From NCBI GenBank assembly GCA_002269645.1, contig NIVC01000406.1:159494-223493 (forward strand): a DNA stretch of 64,000 bases. The letters run 5' to 3'. The notes beneath the pieces were generated by a model. It saw nothing but the letters and a program-made list of their open reading frames with translations, searched no databases and was not told where the DNA came from. Of this stretch, positions 61,301 through 64,000 are shown piece by piece; positions within the stretch are counted from its first letter, which is position 1, and every line of letters starts with the position of its first letter. Source of the DNA: Macrostomum lignano (taxonomy: Eukaryota). Made by a program: the position numbers and the translations under genes.

Positions 61301-61876
61301 GTAGGGAGCGACGTGGGTGCGAAGTGAGATGAGTGCGGAGTGAAGTGGGTGCGGAGTGAGGTGGGTGCGGAGTGAGGTGGGTGCGGAGTGAGGTGGGTGC
61401 CGAGTGAGGTGGGTGCGGAGTGAGGTGGGTGCCGAGTGAGGTGGGTGTGGAGTGAGGTGGGTGCGGAGTGGGGTGAGTGAAGAGTGGGGTGGTGCGAAGG
61501 TGCGTAGTGAGGTGGTGGTAAGTCTCGTTTAACTCTCCCGCTCAGGTGCTTCTTCGAAGTGAATGGGCAGTTGCGGGTGCTGCACACTCGAGACCGCGAG
61601 GCCTCCAAGGACCTGGTGTTCAGGCGAAAAGCTCAGCCAAAGGAAAACCTCGGCGAAGTTGGCGCCCCGATGCCCGGGGAGATCTTGAGCGTCCGCGTGA
61701 CGCCGGGCCAAGTTGTTGCCAAGGGCCAGCCGCTGCTCGCCCTATCAGCCATGAAGATGGAGCTGACGGTGGCCAGCCCGCTCGCTGGCAAGGTGCACAG
61801 CGTGTGGGTCAACGCTGGCGACAAGGTGGAAGGTAACGACCTGCTAGTGACGTTAGAAGCTGAGAAGTCCGAATAA
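52097..61876 (+). CDS. PC: Pyruvate carboxylase, ~1159 aa, 12 exons
   Basis: Exons 52097-52408, 53247-53597, 53980-54288, 54899-55138, 55428-55656, 56220-56312, 56794-57167, 57953-58167, 58867-59380, 60035-60237, 60992-61300, 61546-61876 (3480 nt, in frame). Biotin carboxylase: [53 protein letters not shown]. Carboxyltransferase: [62 protein letters not shown]. Biotinyl domain: AMKME. Confidence 0.97.
52610..53240. repeat. ~35-bp A/C-rich minisatellite, PC intron 1
   Basis: ATGTACACCCAATCAACCAACACAATGTACACCAA; runs up to the acceptor. Confidence 0.95.
53670..53965. repeat. 15-bp minisatellite, PC intron 2
   Basis: AAGAATCCCCATCTC. Confidence 0.9.
54320..54880. repeat. 20-bp minisatellite, PC intron 3
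   Basis: GTGCCATTTCATTGTGAGGG. Confidence 0.95.
55150..55388. repeat. (GACA)n microsatellite, PC intron 4
   Basis: Direct observation. Confidence 0.95.
55695..55930. repeat. 10-bp minisatellite, PC intron 5
   Basis: GGTCAAGATG. Confidence 0.95.
56385..56760. repeat. 16-bp minisatellite, PC intron 6
   Basis: GTGAACAATGAATCCT. Confidence 0.9.
57200..57885. repeat. GATA-based 17-25-bp minisatellite, PC intron 7
   Basis: GATAGATAGTGAGATTG variants. Confidence 0.9.
58245..58592. repeat. 16-bp then 22-bp minisatellite, PC intron 8
   Basis: GGGGCTTTAGCACCAA, then GGGGCGCCAAACCAGCAGTAAA. Confidence 0.95.
59465..60000. repeat. ~17-bp minisatellite, PC intron 9
   Basis: GTCATAAAACTCTCCA / GTCATAAAACACTCCG variants. 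Confidence 0.9.
60325..60860. repeat. 20-bp minisatellite, PC intron 10
   Basis: CTAGATGAGATCTCACAGTT. Confidence 0.9.
61310..61515. repeat. 16-bp G-rich minisatellite, PC intron 11
   Basis: GAGTGAGGTGGGTGCG. Confidence 0.9.
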
Positions 61877-62089
61877 ATTAAAAAAACGCTTTTCTTACTA
61901 TCAGTAGCTTGAAAGAACATTTACGTTCCTGACCGTGGAATGGCTTCTATTTTTCGCTGCTAATGAAGCCATAAAAATAATTAAAAAAATCGTTGCAACT
62001 ACGGCAGGTATGGCAGAAATAGCGAAACTTAATTTGTCTTAATGTCTTCGTTTTGTAGGAAAGTGGACACTACCATCATCATGGCTCAT

Positions 62090-62820
62090 GCCCCACCGCT
62101 CAGCTCCGCACCCACCCCATCCTTCACTATCTTTTGCCCACTGCTCAGCTCCGCACCAACCCCATCCTCCACTCTCTTTCCCCACCGCTCAGCTCCGCAC
62201 CCACCCCATCCTCCACTCTCTTCCCTCACCGCTCAGCTCCACACCCACCCCATCCTCCACTCTCTTCCCTCACCGCTCAGCTCCGCACCCACCCCATCCT
62301 CGACTCTCTTTCCCCACCGCTCAGCTCCGCACCCACCCCATCCTTCACTATCTTTCCCCACCGCTCAGCTCCGCACCCACTCCATCCTCCACTCTCTTTC
62401 CCTCACCGCTCAGCTCCGCACCCATCCCATCCTCCACTCTCTTCCCTCACCGCTCAGCTCCGCACCCACCCCATCCTCCACTCTCTTCCCTCACCGCTCA
62501 GCTCCGCATCCACCCCATCCTCCACTCTCTTTCCCCACCGCTCACCTCCGCACCCATCCCATCCTCCACTCTCTTCCCTCACCGCTCAGCTCCGCACCCA
62601 CCCCATCCTCCACTCTCTTTCCCCACCGCTCAGCTCCGCACCCACCCCATCCTCCACTCTCTTTCCCCACCGCTCAGCTCCGCACCAACCCCATCCTCCA
62701 CTATCTTTCCCCACCGCTCAGCTGCGCACCCACCCCATCCTCCACTCTCTATCCCCACCGCTCAGCTGCGCACCCACCCCATCCTTCTCTATCTTTCCCC
62801 ACGGCTCAGCTTCGCACGCA
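62090..62820 (+). repeat. 44-bp C-rich minisatellite array
   Basis: Unit CCACCGCTCAGCTCCGCACCCACCCCATCCTCCACTCTCTTTCC; period seen at 62581/62625. Confidence 0.95.
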
Positions 62821-62930
62821 CCTTCAATATCAAAACAATTAAATCAATTTTTAAATACAATCGGGAAAATTAGTTAAGCTTTACATTCAAAACTGTTGAC
62901 GTTAATGGTGAAGTCCGACTGCGGTACAAT

Positions 62931-63250
62931 TTAACTATACAAAGCAGTCTTTATCCAACCAGTGGAGAAGACCGCTATGACGCCGGCCATGCTCACAAGT
63001 ATTCCGGTCACATTGAGCGCCAGAGCCACCCGGCCCTGGCTGCGTGCCTGCCTGCGCCAATTGTCAACGCTCCGTTGGGCCAACATTCGATGAGAACGAA
63101 ACGAAAAAATCAATGCCGCAAGGCCGAACGGCATGTTGAGGAACATAGCAGTTAGAATCGACATGAGTAAGTAGGTTGTGCGATTCGAATTCAATGTGTC
63201 CGGGTTGGCTGCTTGAGAAGGATCCCCGACGACATTGAGGGACTGCGGGT
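62931..63250 (-). CDS. CD225/dispanin-family (IFITM/PRRT/TMEM233-like) membrane protein, terminal coding exon; upstream exon(s) lie beyond the window
   Basis: ...DPQSLNVVGDPSQAANPDTLNSNRTTYLLMSILTAMFLNMPFGLAALIFSFRS......A...GRVAL.LNVTGIL.S.AGVIAVF: two hydrophobic segments with the dispanin PFG.AA..FS and A...GR.A..L pattern. Acceptor CATCTTTCAG on the minus strand ends at 63251. Confidence 0.75.
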
Positions 63251-63289
63251 CTGAAAGATGGTCGCATGAAAATTACAGTTAAGCGGTCG

Positions 63290-64000
63290 GAAAAGAGAGT
63301 CGAGGATGGGGTGGGTGCGCAGCTGAGCAGTGGGGGACGATAGTGAAAAGTGGGGTGGGTGTGGAGCTGAGCGGTGGGGAAAGAGAGTGGAGGATGGGGT
63401 TGGTGCGGAGCTGAGCGGTGGGGAAAGATAGTGGAGGATGGGGTGGGTGCGGAGTTAAGCGGTGAGCGAAGAGAGTGGAGGATGGGGTGGGTGCGCAGCT
63501 GAGTGGTGGGGAAAGAGAGTGGAGGATGGGGTGGGTGCGGAGCTGAGCGGTGAGGGAAGAGAGTGGAGGATGGGGTGGGTGCGGAGCTGAGTGGTGGGGA
63601 AAGAGAGTGGAGGATGGGGTGGGTGCGGAGCTGAGCGGTGGGGAAAGATAGTGGAGGATGGGGTGGGTGCGGAGCTGAGCGGTGAGGGAAGAGAGTGGAG
63701 GATGGGGTGGGTGCGGAGCTGAGTGGTGGGGAAAGAGAGTGGAGGATGGGGTGGGTGCGGAGCTGAGCGGTGGGGAAAGAGAGTGGAGGATGGGGTTGGT
63801 GCGGAGCTGAGCGGTGGGGAAAGATAGTGGAGGATGGGGTGGGTGCGGAGTTAAGCGGTGAGCGAAGAGAGTGGAGGATGGGGTGGGTGCGGAGCTGAGC
63901 GGTGAGCGAAGAGAGTGGAGGATGGGGTGGGTGCGGAGCTGAGTGGTGGGGAAAGAGAGTGGAGGATGGGGTGGGTGCGGAGCTGAGCAGTGGGGAAAGA
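63290..64000 (-). repeat. 44-bp minisatellite array, reverse complement of 62090-62820; runs off the window
   Basis: GGTGGGGAAAGAGAGTGGAGGATGGGGTGGGTGCGGAGCTGAGC is the reverse complement of the left array unit. Confidence 0.95.

Overview
This is eukaryotic (animal) genomic DNA: GC-rich spliced exons, GT-AG introns and TTAGGG-type repeats. The style suggests a free-living flatworm such as Macrostomum, which is an inference and not shown by the sequence. Manually spliced genes, in order: a head-to-head pair of near-identical DM9-domain genes separated by a decayed non-LTR retrotransposon; an intronless secreted PAN/apple + LamG-like gene with a 1-nt frameshift; a universal stress protein (USP); a KIAA2026/BRD10-like bromodomain gene (9 exons); NUBP1; an SFMBT gene (4 MBT + SLED + SAM) with no in-frame ATG at its apparent start; an Hv1-like voltage-sensor-only protein with a non-canonical S4; a 12-exon pyruvate carboxylase; and the last coding exon of a CD225/dispanin gene on the minus strand. 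Most introns and intergenic spacers contain their own tandem minisatellite. Several MITE-like elements, LINE remnants and a tRNA-derived SINE are also present. Exon coordinates and reading phases were checked by hand. Family assignments come from motif recognition, not database searches. Array boundaries are approximate.
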